A stretch of DNA of 57,692 nt. Origin: an uncultured Ruminococcus sp. Its GTDB lineage: Bacteria; Bacillota; Clostridia; Oscillospirales; CAG-272. The DNA lies in assembly GCA_964644445.1 (NCBI GenBank), contig CAZXVF010000003.1:1-57692 (forward strand), in the 5' to 3' direction. Both the position numbers and the translations under genes were made by a program. The notes beneath the pieces are model-generated. The model worked only from the letters and a program-made list of their open reading frames with translations, had not been told where the DNA came from and made no database searches. This document shows positions 1 to 9,641 of this stretch, in pieces; the first letter of the stretch is position 1; every line of letters begins with the position of its first letter.

Positions 1-44
1 TTTTCAATGTAGTTTTCCACATCTTTTCAACATAGTTTTCAACA
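1..44 (+). repeat. Cluster of DnaA-box-like 9-mers
   Basis: TTTTCCACA 13-21 fits TTWTNCACA; TTTTCAACA at 24-32 and 36-44; TTTTCAATG 1-9; 11-12 bp spacing; truncated by window edge. Confidence 0.4.
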
Positions 45-266
45 TATCAAGAGCGTCATAAGGAGAGGCTTAAATCGACGGTGTAGGGTTTTACTTTGTG
101 CAAGCTTCGGTCACGCTCGGGGGAAAAACGCTCGGCTTGCCTCGGAGCGACATCTAATGGCTTTTCTTCATGTTGAGAATAAAATCACCCCCTTCCGGCA
201 GAGTAAGGTCGAGCTCCGAATCATCGGTCGTTTGTGACTTTTCCGCTTTATGGAAGGGGGCGTTCC

Positions 267-290
267 TGCCGCTTTTGCGGCAAGTTTTTC
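267..290. terminator. Hairpin downstream of the M6 gene
   Basis: TGCCGC-TTTT-GCGGCA followed by AGTTTTTC on the + strand. Confidence 0.5.
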
Positions 291-344
291 TTGCTTTGAT
301 TTTATAAGTTTTTGCAGATATGCGCCGCGCTTACAAACGGGCGA

Positions 345-3300
345 TTATTTTGCTTTTTTGGTTATTACGATAGTGGCGGTCGAGTCGGCACCGTTTTCGA
401 CTATTTTCTTCACCGTTACGGTGTATCCGAAGTCCATGCCGTTATCCATTTTACCGTTGTAGAAGAAGCCGTCGTACCCGTCTACTGAGAAGGTTTCGCC
501 CTCGTAGAAGTAGTCGTCCGCGTCTACCGTCGTTTTAACGCCGTCCTTATTCATGAAGGTGCTGACGTTTCCTTTTTGAACCAGCTCTAAGAGATAGATT
601 CCGTCATCGGATCGCCTTCCGAACTCATCTACGCCGTAATGAGACCATGAGGTAAAGGTCTTTTTTCCTTCCCATTCTACGTAGGTCGTATCATATACCG
701 AATTAACGTGGTATATCCTTACGCCGACCGTGTCACTCAAGCCGTAATCCGCGGAATCCTTCGCGTACAGTCCGTCGTGTGCAAAGAGATCTATCATTAT
801 ATATTCGTCGTAGGGAGTGCCGTTGCCGTCGTAGCCCAGAGCACGTATCAGTATAGCGTCACCGTGGGTTGCAAATGCAGAGATCGTTATTTCCACCTCG
901 TCCTTCGTTCCGTCGACCGGCGTAGGCTCTATCCAGCCGAGCAGATATTTGGTGTACGAGTTCCAATCGCCGGTGCTGTCCGATTCCATATCGAACTTGC
1001 CTATGGTAGAACTGAAGTACGCTTCGTTTGCGTAGTAGTCCGTAAGCCCGAGTGTGTGTCCGAATTCGTGAATAAAGGAGTCGGTTTTCGTATATTTCTC
1101 ATCAATAACACCCTTGGAGCTGAAGAGTCCTACCGACGAAACGTTTAGATAGGTATTGACGTTAGGCTTCTCGTGCGTTCCCGCATCTCTCGTATCGGTG
1201 CATCTGGAGTTCATGAAGATACCGGACATACCCATTCGCACGTAGTACTCACTCGGAGGATCGGTTATCATGAGCGTATTGACAAGTATCACCACGTCGT
1301 AATATCCATCACCGTTCTGATCGAATGCGGAATTATCTATTTCCAGCCCGTAGAGCCACTCCGTAATATCGTCAAAGACGGAGTCGGGCATAATATTGTT
1401 GTAATAATCCATCGGATCGCCTTCTATAACGTAAGGATCAGTAATAAAGGAATTTACCGTAAGCTTACCGTAGGAGGAGGTGTGAAGAAATTCGCTGAGC
1501 GAGGGCTCTCCGTTAGTCAGAGTGTATTTCGTTACCTTACCGTCCGCACCCACTACGTTGCCCAAGGCTCCGCGCAGCGCACTCATCCATTCGTCGTTGA
1601 TTCTGTCCTGCTGCTCCGTAAACGTAACCGGAATCACCAAAACGTTCTGCGTACCGGTGGATTTGATATAGCAGACGCTTGACGTATCGTACAGGCTCTC
1701 ACCCGTAAACGTATCGTTGCAGAGCTTGAGATATCTCGTGCAATTTCCTATCGTAACCTCTATTTTGTCGCCTTTTTTCAGGTATCTGCCGGTCTTATCG
1801 ACGACCTTTCCGCTCTCATCTACGATATTACCGAACTTTACGCTTTCGTTTACGGTTATGAGATCGGAATAATAATCGTTCTTTCCCGCAAGGCATTCGG
1901 GATTGTCAAAGAGCAGCTGGAGAGGATAACCGAACTCAACTCCCGTCTTTTCGATTGCCGCATCGTAGAGGTCGCCTGCGACGTAGGAAGCTTGGGAATA
2001 CGCCTTTGAATACAGGTACTCGTTTAACTTTACGTCGGTTATCTCGCTCATTACGTTGCAGTAGTAAATCTTTATGCTTACCGCCTTTACGGACGTGCCT
2101 TGGCTTGAAGCGAATTTATCATTCAGACAGATGAAGTTCGGATATCGGTAAAACTCCGTTCTCATACCTCTGCCCACGAGTGCATTCACATTTCCGTCAT
2201 AGAGATCGTCTATAGAATCCACGGAGGCCTTTTGATCGAGATTGTAGTAACCCCTGATTCCGAATTCGCCCGTGTGAGCAATAAAATCGCAGTCTACGTA
2301 ATTCACCCCGGGCAGCGCGTCAAGGGTATATATTTTCGTATCCTTACCGATGACGCCCCAGCCGCCGGCAAGCTCGCCGATTTCGCCCACTATAAGCAGT
2401 CGTACGGTTTTTTGGCCGCTCGTTTTTGCGGTCAGGGTATAGGTTCCGTCACCGTTATCCACCAGGTTATCTATAGCGTTTACGTCTGCGGAAAGCTCGA
2501 GATAATCGTATTGCGAATAGTATTCCCGCGCCGTTATCCTAGTTATCGTATGATCTCTGCGGAGCTCCTGATTGCAAATCGAGCAATACGTGACCTCGTC
2601 GTATCCGCCGTCCGTGCCGGTGCCGTTATAGCCGTACGTCGGTTCTACGATATTTTCCTTAACGGACTGCTTTGCAGGCGTGTGGCTTGAAGGTATCGGC
2701 ACCGTTACGCGGCTTAGCTCTTCGGTGCAGAACTTACAGTAGGTAACCGAATCGTAATGTCCGTCGACGGTACAGGTCGCTTCCACGCAGTTTTCCTTGA
2801 CCGCATCCTTTGCGGTATGGCCCACCAGCGGAAAATCGTTATGCACGTGACTTAACACTTCGTTACACGTCGGACAATAGCAAGTCACGTCCTCGTATCC
2901 GGCTACAGAGCACGTGGAATCGACGCAAGTTCTTTCAATTCTGGCATGCTCATAATCGTGTCCGGAGGCGGGAATCTCGGAGTACGTAGAATAAAGGCAA
3001 CGCGCACAGACTTCATAGGCCTCCCAGCCGCATTCCGTACAGGAAGGTTCTTTTGCGGGATAAGATGCGATATCGTGACCGAGTGGGTCAATCGTTTCAG
3101 GCACGGAATCCAGTTCTCTTCCGCAGTCGGTACAATATATAACGGAGTAACAGAAGCCTTGCGATTCGCAGGTCGGATCTATACGGCCAACCTCGACGGC
3201 AGTATCGGCGGGAGTATGTCCCTTCGGTAGCTTTTTATAAGTCGAATAATCGCACTGAGTGCAGGTATCATAGGGCGCCCAGCCGTCCTGCGTACAGGTT

Positions 3301-3560
3301 TTATCCTTGCCCTTGTTGTGCACGATATCATGCCCGAGTGCTTCTATAGAATTATGGATACGGCTCAGCTCGTCGCCGCAATCGGCGCAATATACCACGC
3401 TGTCATAGCTTCCGTCCTCCGTACAGGTCGCCGCAACATAATTCTCGGTAACGGTCTTCTCCGACGAGTGTCGACACGGTACTTGACAAGCGGTGAGGAT
3501 AAAAAGCAACGCCGAAATCAAAAATGCGACGGCTATACACAGCTTTACGGTTTTGTTCAT
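345..3560 (-). CDS. M6 family (immune inhibitor A-like) zinc metalloprotease lipoprotein with Cys/His-rich N-terminal repeats
   Basis: Lipobox ILTAC at residue 24; HEFGHTLGLTDYY; FDM Met-turn; KYLLGWIEP; DQNGDGYYD Ca-loop; repeated TCxxxG...CxxC...GH units; SD AAGGAG. Confidence 0.85.
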   Translation of the reverse strand: MNKTVKLCIAVAFLISALLFILTACQVPCRHSSEKTVTENYVAATCTEDGSYDSVVYCADCGDELSRIHNSIEALGHDIVHNKGKDKTCTQDGWAPYDTCTQCDYSTYKKLPKGHTPADTAVEVGRIDPTCESQGFCYSVIYCTDCGRELDSVPETIDPLGHDIASYPAKEPSCTECGWEAYEVCARCLYSTYSEIPASGHDYEHARIERTCVDSTCSVAGYEDVTCYCPTCNEVLSHVHNDFPLVGHTAKDAVKENCVEATCTVDGHYDSVTYCKFCTEELSRVTVPIPSSHTPAKQSVKENIVEPTYGYNGTGTDGGYDEVTYCSICNQELRRDHTITRITAREYYSQYDYLELSADVNAIDNLVDNGDGTYTLTAKTSGQKTVRLLIVGEIGELAGGWGVIGKDTKIYTLDALPGVNYVDCDFIAHTGEFGIRGYYNLDQKASVDSIDDLYDGNVNALVGRGMRTEFYRYPNFICLNDKFASSQGTSVKAVSIKIYYCNVMSEITDVKLNEYLYSKAYSQASYVAGDLYDAAIEKTGVEFGYPLQLLFDNPECLAGKNDYYSDLITVNESVKFGNIVDESGKVVDKTGRYLKKGDKIEVTIGNCTRYLKLCNDTFTGESLYDTSSVCYIKSTGTQNVLVIPVTFTEQQDRINDEWMSALRGALGNVVGADGKVTKYTLTNGEPSLSEFLHTSSYGKLTVNSFITDPYVIEGDPMDYYNNIMPDSVFDDITEWLYGLEIDNSAFDQNGDGYYDVVILVNTLMITDPPSEYYVRMGMSGIFMNSRCTDTRDAGTHEKPNVNTYLNVSSVGLFSSKGVIDEKYTKTDSFIHEFGHTLGLTDYYANEAYFSSTIGKFDMESDSTGDWNSYTKYLLGWIEPTPVDGTKDEVEITISAFATHGDAILIRALGYDGNGTPYDEYIMIDLFAHDGLYAKDSADYGLSDTVGVRIYHVNSVYDTTYVEWEGKKTFTSWSHYGVDEFGRRSDDGIYLLELVQKGNVSTFMNKDGVKTTVDADDYFYEGETFSVDGYDGFFYNGKMDNGMDFGYTVTVKKIVENGADSTATIVITKKAK

Positions 3561-3902
3561 ATTTTTTCTCCTTCGTGGGTTGCCCGAAGCGTTCGTTTTG
3601 CTTCGGTTGGTGTTACCTTCGGCACCTTATGCGGTTTTGCACTATGCCGAGTGTTGCACTTTAGCGCGCGGAGCAGACATATCCGACCTTGCCGCTCTTT
3701 CATAAAGTGATAGCAGAGATTGCTTTAAAAAGTCGAAAAATTTAATAAAAATGTAAATAAAAATTTGCTTTTCGACGGTTTTTCGGTGATTCGGTCAGTT
3801 GTACGCAAACGAAGACAAAAGCATTCTCGTACCATTCGTAATGATCTGATATGCAAGCTCCCGTTGCGCTTTTTCTGTTTGCTTCCGTTTTTTCTTGCGA
3901 AG

Positions 3903-3931
3903 ATTATATCATAAAACTGCGCGCTTTTCAA
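3903..3931 (-). promoter_or_regulatory. Sigma-A promoter for the M6 gene
   Basis: TTGAAA-N17-TATAAT with TG extension. Confidence 0.55.
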
Positions 3932-4169
3932 TATATTTTTTTCGCAACCGATGAATTTTTTTCGAGAGAGCAAATTGCAAGCTACAGAACCGGTTTTTTC
4001 GCTTGTACGCATGGGTGATTTATGGCTGATTTCCGCTTTCGGACGGTGGTTTTTGTTTCTGGCTTTCGTCCGCTTTTTATTTGAACGGACGCTGTGATAG
4101 CGTAGTTTGATTTTCGGTTGGGTATCCTCTCCCGTGGCGCGGTGCTTTCGGGGAGATTTTAATTTCGGG

Positions 4170-4310
4170 TGATTGGAATTTTCATGATTTGGTTTTCGGC
4201 GATTACGTTTTTCGATGATTAGGCTTCCTAGGTTTTCGGCGATCGGTTTTTTGATGATTAGGTTTTCTAGGTTTTTGGGGATTGGGTTTTTGGTGATTGG
4301 GATTCTGGGA
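4170..4310. repeat. Degenerate T-rich repeat (GATT-GGTTTT units; about 39-bp duplication)
   Basis: GATGATTAGGCTTCCTAGGTTTTCGGCGAT recurs as GATGATTAGGTTTTCTAGGTTTTTGGGGAT. Confidence 0.6.
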
Positions 4311-4506
4311 AGGAGCTGCCGAAAAACTGTAAAAAATTACCTTGCGTAGAAAATTAGAATGAAATTTTGTGAAAAATGACGGCGGCAAAGCCTTCGCCCT
4401 TCCGCTCTGCCCGAATTTTTCTTGCCGACGGAATCACCCCCTCCAACGGACGGGCAAAGCTCGTGGATTTTTTTGTTTAAAATGACAAATTTAAAATGTA
4501 AACTAA

Positions 4507-4557
4507 ACACTACATCTAGTTTTTGCCGCTTGACAAACACACAAAATGTGGTATAAT
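4507..4557 (+). promoter_or_regulatory. nrdD sigma-A promoter overlapped by two NrdR boxes
   Basis: ACACTACATCTAGTTT 4507-4522 and ACACAAAATGTGGTAT 4539-4554 (32 bp apart) resemble acaCwAtATaTwGtgt; TTGACA 4530-4535, TG-TATAAT 4552-4557. Confidence 0.85.
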
Positions 4558-4660
4558 ATTGTCACTATCCCGTGGGATGGATTTTTTTGAATTTCGGAGT
4601 TTCGGCTTCCCTTTTTATAGAGCCATAACAGCCCGCGACAGCGCGAAAAGCGGAGTGATG

Positions 4661-4783
4661 GCATAGCGCAAGCGGAGCGAAAGCATAGCGCAAGCGGAGC
4701 GAAAGCATAGCGCAAGCGGAGCGAAAGCATAGCGCAAGCGGAGCGAAAGCATAGCGCAAGCGGAACGATGGCATAGTGCAAGC
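4661..4783. repeat. 22-bp tandem repeat in the nrdD leader
   Basis: GCATAGCGCAAGCGGAGCGAAA x4 exact (4661, 4683, 4705, 4727), a variant at 4749 and a partial at 4771. Confidence 0.95.
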
Positions 4784-5073
4784 ACAAAGGTCCAAACAGG
4801 CTCAAGCCGAAGCTCGCACGGCAAGTCAAAGCAAGCTCAAAACGCCAAGTGAAAAATGTAAAAGGGACGCAATTCAAAGAGAATCAAACGGAAATCCGCC
4901 GGCAATTCAAAGAAAATCAACTTTATTTCATCTAAGATCGGTGAAAAATTCGCAAAAATACAAATTCGCAAGAAAGCGCAAGCCGCAGGCAAGCGGACTC
5001 GGCAGACGAAAACAAAAATCGATAACAGAGTCGGCACGGTACCGAAGGCAAACGGCAAAAGGAGGCTCCATCA

Positions 5074-7245
5074 ATGAAAATAATCAAGAGAAACGGCTCG
5101 GAGGCAAAATTCGACCGAGAGAAGATATACGTTGCCATAACGAAGGCGAACGCCGCAGTGGACGAGCTGGACAGGCTGGACGACGGAGAGATACGCGAGA
5201 TAGTTCGCAAGGTGGAGAACGTCTGCAAGAGCATGCGCCGCTCGGTAGGCGTCGAGGAGATACAGGACACGGTGGAGCGCGAGCTTATGGCGTCGGGGGC
5301 TTTCACGCTTGCAAAGGCGTACATTACTTACAGATACACGCGCGCACTCGTGCGCAAATCAAACACGACGGACGCCCGCATACTTTCCCTTATAGAGTGC
5401 AACAACGAGGAGGCAAAGCAGGAGAACGCCAACAAGAATCCCACCCAGAACAGCGTACAGCGCGACTACATGGCGGGAGAGGTCTCGAAGGATATCACGA
5501 ACAGACTGCTACTCCCCGAGGACATAGTGCGAGCGCACGAGGACGGTCTTATCCATTTTCACGACTCGGATTACTTCGCACAGCACATGCACAACTGCGA
5601 CCTCGTAAATCTGGAGGATATGCTGCAAAACGGCACCGTGATAAGCGGAACTATGATAGAGAAGCCGCACAGCTTTTCCACCGCCTGTAACATTGCGACG
5701 CAGATAATAGCGCAGGTCGCCTCGAACCAATACGGCGGTCAGTCGATAAGTCTCGCGCATCTTGCCCCCTTCGTAAACGTCAGCCGCGAGAAGATAAGAC
5801 GCGAGGTCGAAGAGGAGCTATCCGAGCTTGGAGTTGCGAGCGGAGAGAGCGTTGACCGCATAACCGAAAAAAGGCTTCGCGCCGAGATCAGCCGCGGCGT
5901 ACAGTGCATACAGTATCAGGTCGTAACGCTTATGACGACGAACGGACAGGCACCCTTCATCACCGTGTTTATGTATCTCGGAGAGGCAAAGGACGAGCGC
6001 GAGCGCGAGGATCTCGCTATGATAATCGAGGAGGTTCTGGAGCAGCGCTATCAAGGCGTTAAAAACGAGCGCGGTGTCTGGATCACTCCCGCATTTCCGA
6101 AGCTTATTTACGTTCTCGAGGAGGATAATATCCGCGAGGGCTCAAGGTATCACTATCTGACGAAGCTCGCCGCAAAATGCACCGCAAAGCGTATGGTGCC
6201 CGACTATATCTCGGAAAAAATCATGCTCGAAAACAAGATAGACAAAAACGGCGAGGGGCATTGCTACACCTGTATGGGCTGCCGCAGCTTCCTGACTCCC
6301 TACGTCGACGAGAACGGTAAGCCGAAGTATTACGGCCGCTTCAATCAGGGTGTCGTCACGGTAAACCTCGTCGATATAGGACTCTCCGCCAAGGGCGATA
6401 TGGATGCATTCCGCCGTATCTTCGCAGAGCGAATGGAGCTTTGCCACAGGGCACTGAGGATAAGACACGAGAGGCTTCTCGGCACTCCCTCCGACGCTGC
6501 ACCTATATTATGGCAGTACGGCGCGCTGACGCGTCTTGAAAAGGGCGAGCCTATAGACAAGTATCTCTTCGGCGGATATTCGACGCTCTCGCTCGGCTTT
6601 GCGGGGCTTTGGGAATGCGTTATGGCGCTCTCGGGAAAGAAGCTGACCGAGCCGGAGGGAGAGGCTCTCGGACTTGAGATCATGCGTATGCTGAACTCTT
6701 ATACGGCGAAATGGAAGGCGGAGGAAAACATAGATTATTCGCTCTACGGCACGCCGCTTGAAAGCACGACCTACAAGTTCGCCAAATGCCTGCAAAAACG
6801 CTTCGGCATAGTTAAGGGTGTGACCGACAAGAGCTATATCACTAACTCCTATCACATTCACGTGACCGAGCCGATAGACGCCTTCTCGAAGCTTGCGATT
6901 GAGTCGAAGTTCCAGCTTCTCTCCCCCGGCGGTGCGATCTCCTACGTCGAAGTACCCGATATGCAGGGGAATCTCGATGCGGTGCTGGGAATCATGGAAT
7001 ACATCTACGAGAATATAATGTACGCCGAGCTGAATACCAAAAGCGATTACTGTCAGGTGTGCGGCTGGGACGGAGAGATAAAAATAGTCGAGGACGGCGG
7101 AAAGCTCGTTTGGGAATGCCCGATGTGCAAGAACCGCGACCAGTCTAAAATGAACGTTGCGAGGCGAACCTGCGGCTATATAGGCACGCAATATTGGAAT
7201 CAGGGCAGAACCGAGGAGATAAAGGAGCGCGTGCTTCATCTGTGA
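5074..7245 (+). CDS. nrdD: Anaerobic (class III) ribonucleoside-triphosphate reductase
   Basis: N-terminal ATP cone (MKIIKRNG); HFHDSDY; MHNC; MGCRSFL; CQVC/CPMC Zn site; glycyl motif RRTCGYIG; SD GGAGG. Confidence 0.97.
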   Translation: MKIIKRNGSEAKFDREKIYVAITKANAAVDELDRLDDGEIREIVRKVENVCKSMRRSVGVEEIQDTVERELMASGAFTLAKAYITYRYTRALVRKSNTTDARILSLIECNNEEAKQENANKNPTQNSVQRDYMAGEVSKDITNRLLLPEDIVRAHEDGLIHFHDSDYFAQHMHNCDLVNLEDMLQNGTVISGTMIEKPHSFSTACNIATQIIAQVASNQYGGQSISLAHLAPFVNVSREKIRREVEEELSELGVASGESVDRITEKRLRAEISRGVQCIQYQVVTLMTTNGQAPFITVFMYLGEAKDEREREDLAMIIEEVLEQRYQGVKNERGVWITPAFPKLIYVLEEDNIREGSRYHYLTKLAAKCTAKRMVPDYISEKIMLENKIDKNGEGHCYTCMGCRSFLTPYVDENGKPKYYGRFNQGVVTVNLVDIGLSAKGDMDAFRRIFAERMELCHRALRIRHERLLGTPSDAAPILWQYGALTRLEKGEPIDKYLFGGYSTLSLGFAGLWECVMALSGKKLTEPEGEALGLEIMRMLNSYTAKWKAEENIDYSLYGTPLESTTYKFAKCLQKRFGIVKGVTDKSYITNSYHIHVTEPIDAFSKLAIESKFQLLSPGGAISYVEVPDMQGNLDAVLGIMEYIYENIMYAELNTKSDYCQVCGWDGEIKIVEDGGKLVWECPMCKNRDQSKMNVARRTCGYIGTQYWNQGRTEEIKERVLHL

Positions 7246-7495
7246 TCTCAGGCTCGGCTCGTTGCAAAAACCAGAGACGGCAAGCAAAAGAAAATCGACC
7301 GTTTCAAGCAAAAATGCACGGATATGTAAATAATTATTGGCATTTATAAGACTTTTCGGTAAACTGGCATGCAGCCGAAGGAGATGCAAAAACGTTTCAC
7401 CTTGTACGGACGGTGCGCCAAGACGCTATGAGCAAAGTCAAAAGCGGACGCGATTCCGTACAGGGTGATTTTTAAGTTTAGCGTATTTACGTTCG

Positions 7496-7718
7496 GAAGC
7501 CTTCGTTTGATTTTCAGCTTGCGTGCCTCGGAGTCATCGTTTACTTTTTAATTTGCGTGCCTCGGAGCCTTCGTTTGATTTTCACCTTGCGTGCCTCGAA
7601 GCCTTCGTTTGATTTTCAGCTTGCGTGCCTCGGAGTCATCGTTTACTTTTTAATTTGCGTGCCTCGGAGCCTTCGTTTGATTTTCACCTTGCGTGCCTCG
7701 AAGCCTTCATTTGATTTT
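7496..7718. repeat. 34-bp unit array with a 102-bp higher-order period
   Basis: TTGCGTGCCTCG(G/A)AG recurs every 34 bp; the block starting GAAGCCTTC recurs at 7496, 7598 and 7700. Confidence 0.92.
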
Positions 7719-7748
7719 TGCTTTTTCACTTGGTTTTTCACTTTTTCG

Positions 7749-7777
7749 TTGACAAGGGCGGTGCGGTGTGCTAAAAT
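7749..7777 (+). promoter_or_regulatory. Sigma-A promoter
   Basis: TTGACA-N17-TAAAAT with TG extension. Confidence 0.8.
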
Positions 7778-7808
7778 ACTAGTATAAAAATCGGTAAAGG
7801 AGAGCGGT

Positions 7809-8435
7809 ATGCTTAAGGTAGAAAAAATTTCCGTTATGAATCTCGAGAACGCGATACGCGGAGCGAGAAACCCGATGAACAGCTGGGAGCGGAGCGACTC
7901 TCGCTACTCGGAGGACGGCGAATACGTCTTAGGCGAAAACGATCTCGCCCTCGGCTCGAGGCTTGCCCACGCCGGTACCGATCACAGGAAATTTCTCCGC
8001 CAGATCTTCGTCTCCATGGACGTCACGGCTCCGCTCTATTGGTGGAAGGAATTTGACACCTACAAGGTAGGCACGGTCGCGAACTCCTGCTCCACGATGC
8101 ACAAGATACAGGCAAAGGAATTTACCCTATCGGACTTCTCCTGCGAGCGAATGACGAAGGAGGGACTCGAGGTAATGGAGCGGGTGACGGAATTTCTGGA
8201 GGCAGAGAGGCGCCGCTTTATCGAGACGAAGGAAAAGGACGCATGGCACAATATGATACAGCTCCTCCCGACGTCATATAACCAGCTGCGCACCGTGACG
8301 CTGAATTACGAGGTTCTCATCAATATCTACTACGCACGAAGAAATCATAAGCTCGCCGAATGGCACGCGCTCTGCGACGTTATCGAGACGCTTCCCTACG
8401 CAAAGGAATTGATACTTGTCCGAGAGGACAAATAA
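7809..8435 (+). CDS. ThyX-fold (flavin-dependent thymidylate synthase-like) protein, divergent
   Basis: Size and layout follow ThyX: DHRKFLRQI, APLYWWKEFDTYK..NSCSTMH, QLLPTSY..RTVTLNYEVL..RRNHKLAEW; canonical RHRxxS absent; SD AAGGAG. Confidence 0.65.
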   Translation: MLKVEKISVMNLENAIRGARNPMNSWERSDSRYSEDGEYVLGENDLALGSRLAHAGTDHRKFLRQIFVSMDVTAPLYWWKEFDTYKVGTVANSCSTMHKIQAKEFTLSDFSCERMTKEGLEVMERVTEFLEAERRRFIETKEKDAWHNMIQLLPTSYNQLRTVTLNYEVLINIYYARRNHKLAEWHALCDVIETLPYAKELILVREDK

Positions 8436-8493
8436 AAACATCAAAAAATGCAACTAATCGTAGTCAAATACGAACAAACAAAGGACGAATGAA

Positions 8494-9120
8494 GTGAGTA
8501 ACATTTTCGACTTATTCAAAAAAATAGAAACGGCGCGAGAAGAAAAGGTTCCCGTGACACATATCGTTTGCGGACTCGGAAACGTCGGTAAGACCTACGA
8601 GCGCACCCGTCACAACGCGGGCTTTACGGCGGTAGATCATATTGCGGATACGCTCGGCGTAAGGATAGACCGTGTGAAATTTCACGCCACCGTATGCGAA
8701 TGTAAGATCGGGGATAAGGGCGTTCTCCTGATGAAGCCGACGACGCTGATGAACAACTCCGGCATAGCCGTCTCCGAGGCGGCGAGGTTCTATAAAATAC
8801 CGCCAGAAAACGTGATAATCCTGCACGACGAAATAAGCTTCGATCCCGGGAGGATACGTATCAGGCGCAAGGGCTCTGCGGGCGGTCACAACGGATTGAA
8901 AAGCATAATCGAGCATCTCGGCTCACAGGATTTCCCGCGCATAAAGATCGGCGTAGGACAGAAGCCGAATCCCGAATACGATCTTGCCGACTTCGTTCTT
9001 TCAAGACTTCCCGATGCCGATGCAAAGGCTATATCGGACCGCTTCCCCGACGTCTGCGAGGCAGTCAAGCTGATTATATCGGGCGACATAGAAACCGCAA
9101 TGCAACGCTACTCGAAGTGA
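8494..9120 (+). CDS. pth: Peptidyl-tRNA hydrolase
   Basis: GLGN..YERTRHNAGF, KPTTLMNNSG, HDE, GSAGGHNGLKSI, FVL; GTG start. Confidence 0.96.
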   Translation: MSNIFDLFKKIETAREEKVPVTHIVCGLGNVGKTYERTRHNAGFTAVDHIADTLGVRIDRVKFHATVCECKIGDKGVLLMKPTTLMNNSGIAVSEAARFYKIPPENVIILHDEISFDPGRIRIRRKGSAGGHNGLKSIIEHLGSQDFPRIKIGVGQKPNPEYDLADFVLSRLPDADAKAISDRFPDVCEAVKLIISGDIETAMQRYSK

Positions 9121-9641
9121 CGGATAGGAATCGGCGCAAAAAGCAATTCTAAAACGCCTGAGCGTCGCACGCACGAAATCAGTTGACCGAAAAGCAAAGC
9201 TCATCGGAAGAAAATTAAGTACCTCTGTAAAAAGCAAAAGATATAAATTCCGGTTAAAAGTATTCAAAACGTAAACAATACTTATCATATTATGCAATAT
9301 TTTATCCTATGGCTCGGTTTTTCCCGAGTCTTTTGGCGTTGTTTTTTCTTGCCGAGCGTTCCTTTTTCACTCATATTTCAAAGGTGCGGCGAATAAAAAT
9401 GCAACGTAGCACAAGCGTAAGCGGATAGTGAAATCAAACCGAGAGCGTAATAAAATACCGACGAAGAAAGATCCGAAGAAGGCAAAGGTGCCAAAGCAAA
9501 CGCACACCGGTCGGACGGTAAAAGCAATCGCAAGCGGCGATAAGACCGTAAAAAACAACTCACACAAAAATCGAAGCTCACAAAAGAGAAAGGGCGGCAG
9601 TCAAAAAACGAAGTTCGCCCACGGACGGACAGGAGGAACGA

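Noticed and set aside
4503-5690. ORFs over the 22-bp repeat and the 304-aa ORF 4776-5690
   Set aside because: Products of a stop-free repeat or off-frame overlap with nrdD.
7365-7410. nrdG remnant (one frame reads CSRRRCKN)
   Set aside because: Cys spacing is wrong for CxxxCxxC and there is no flanking similarity.
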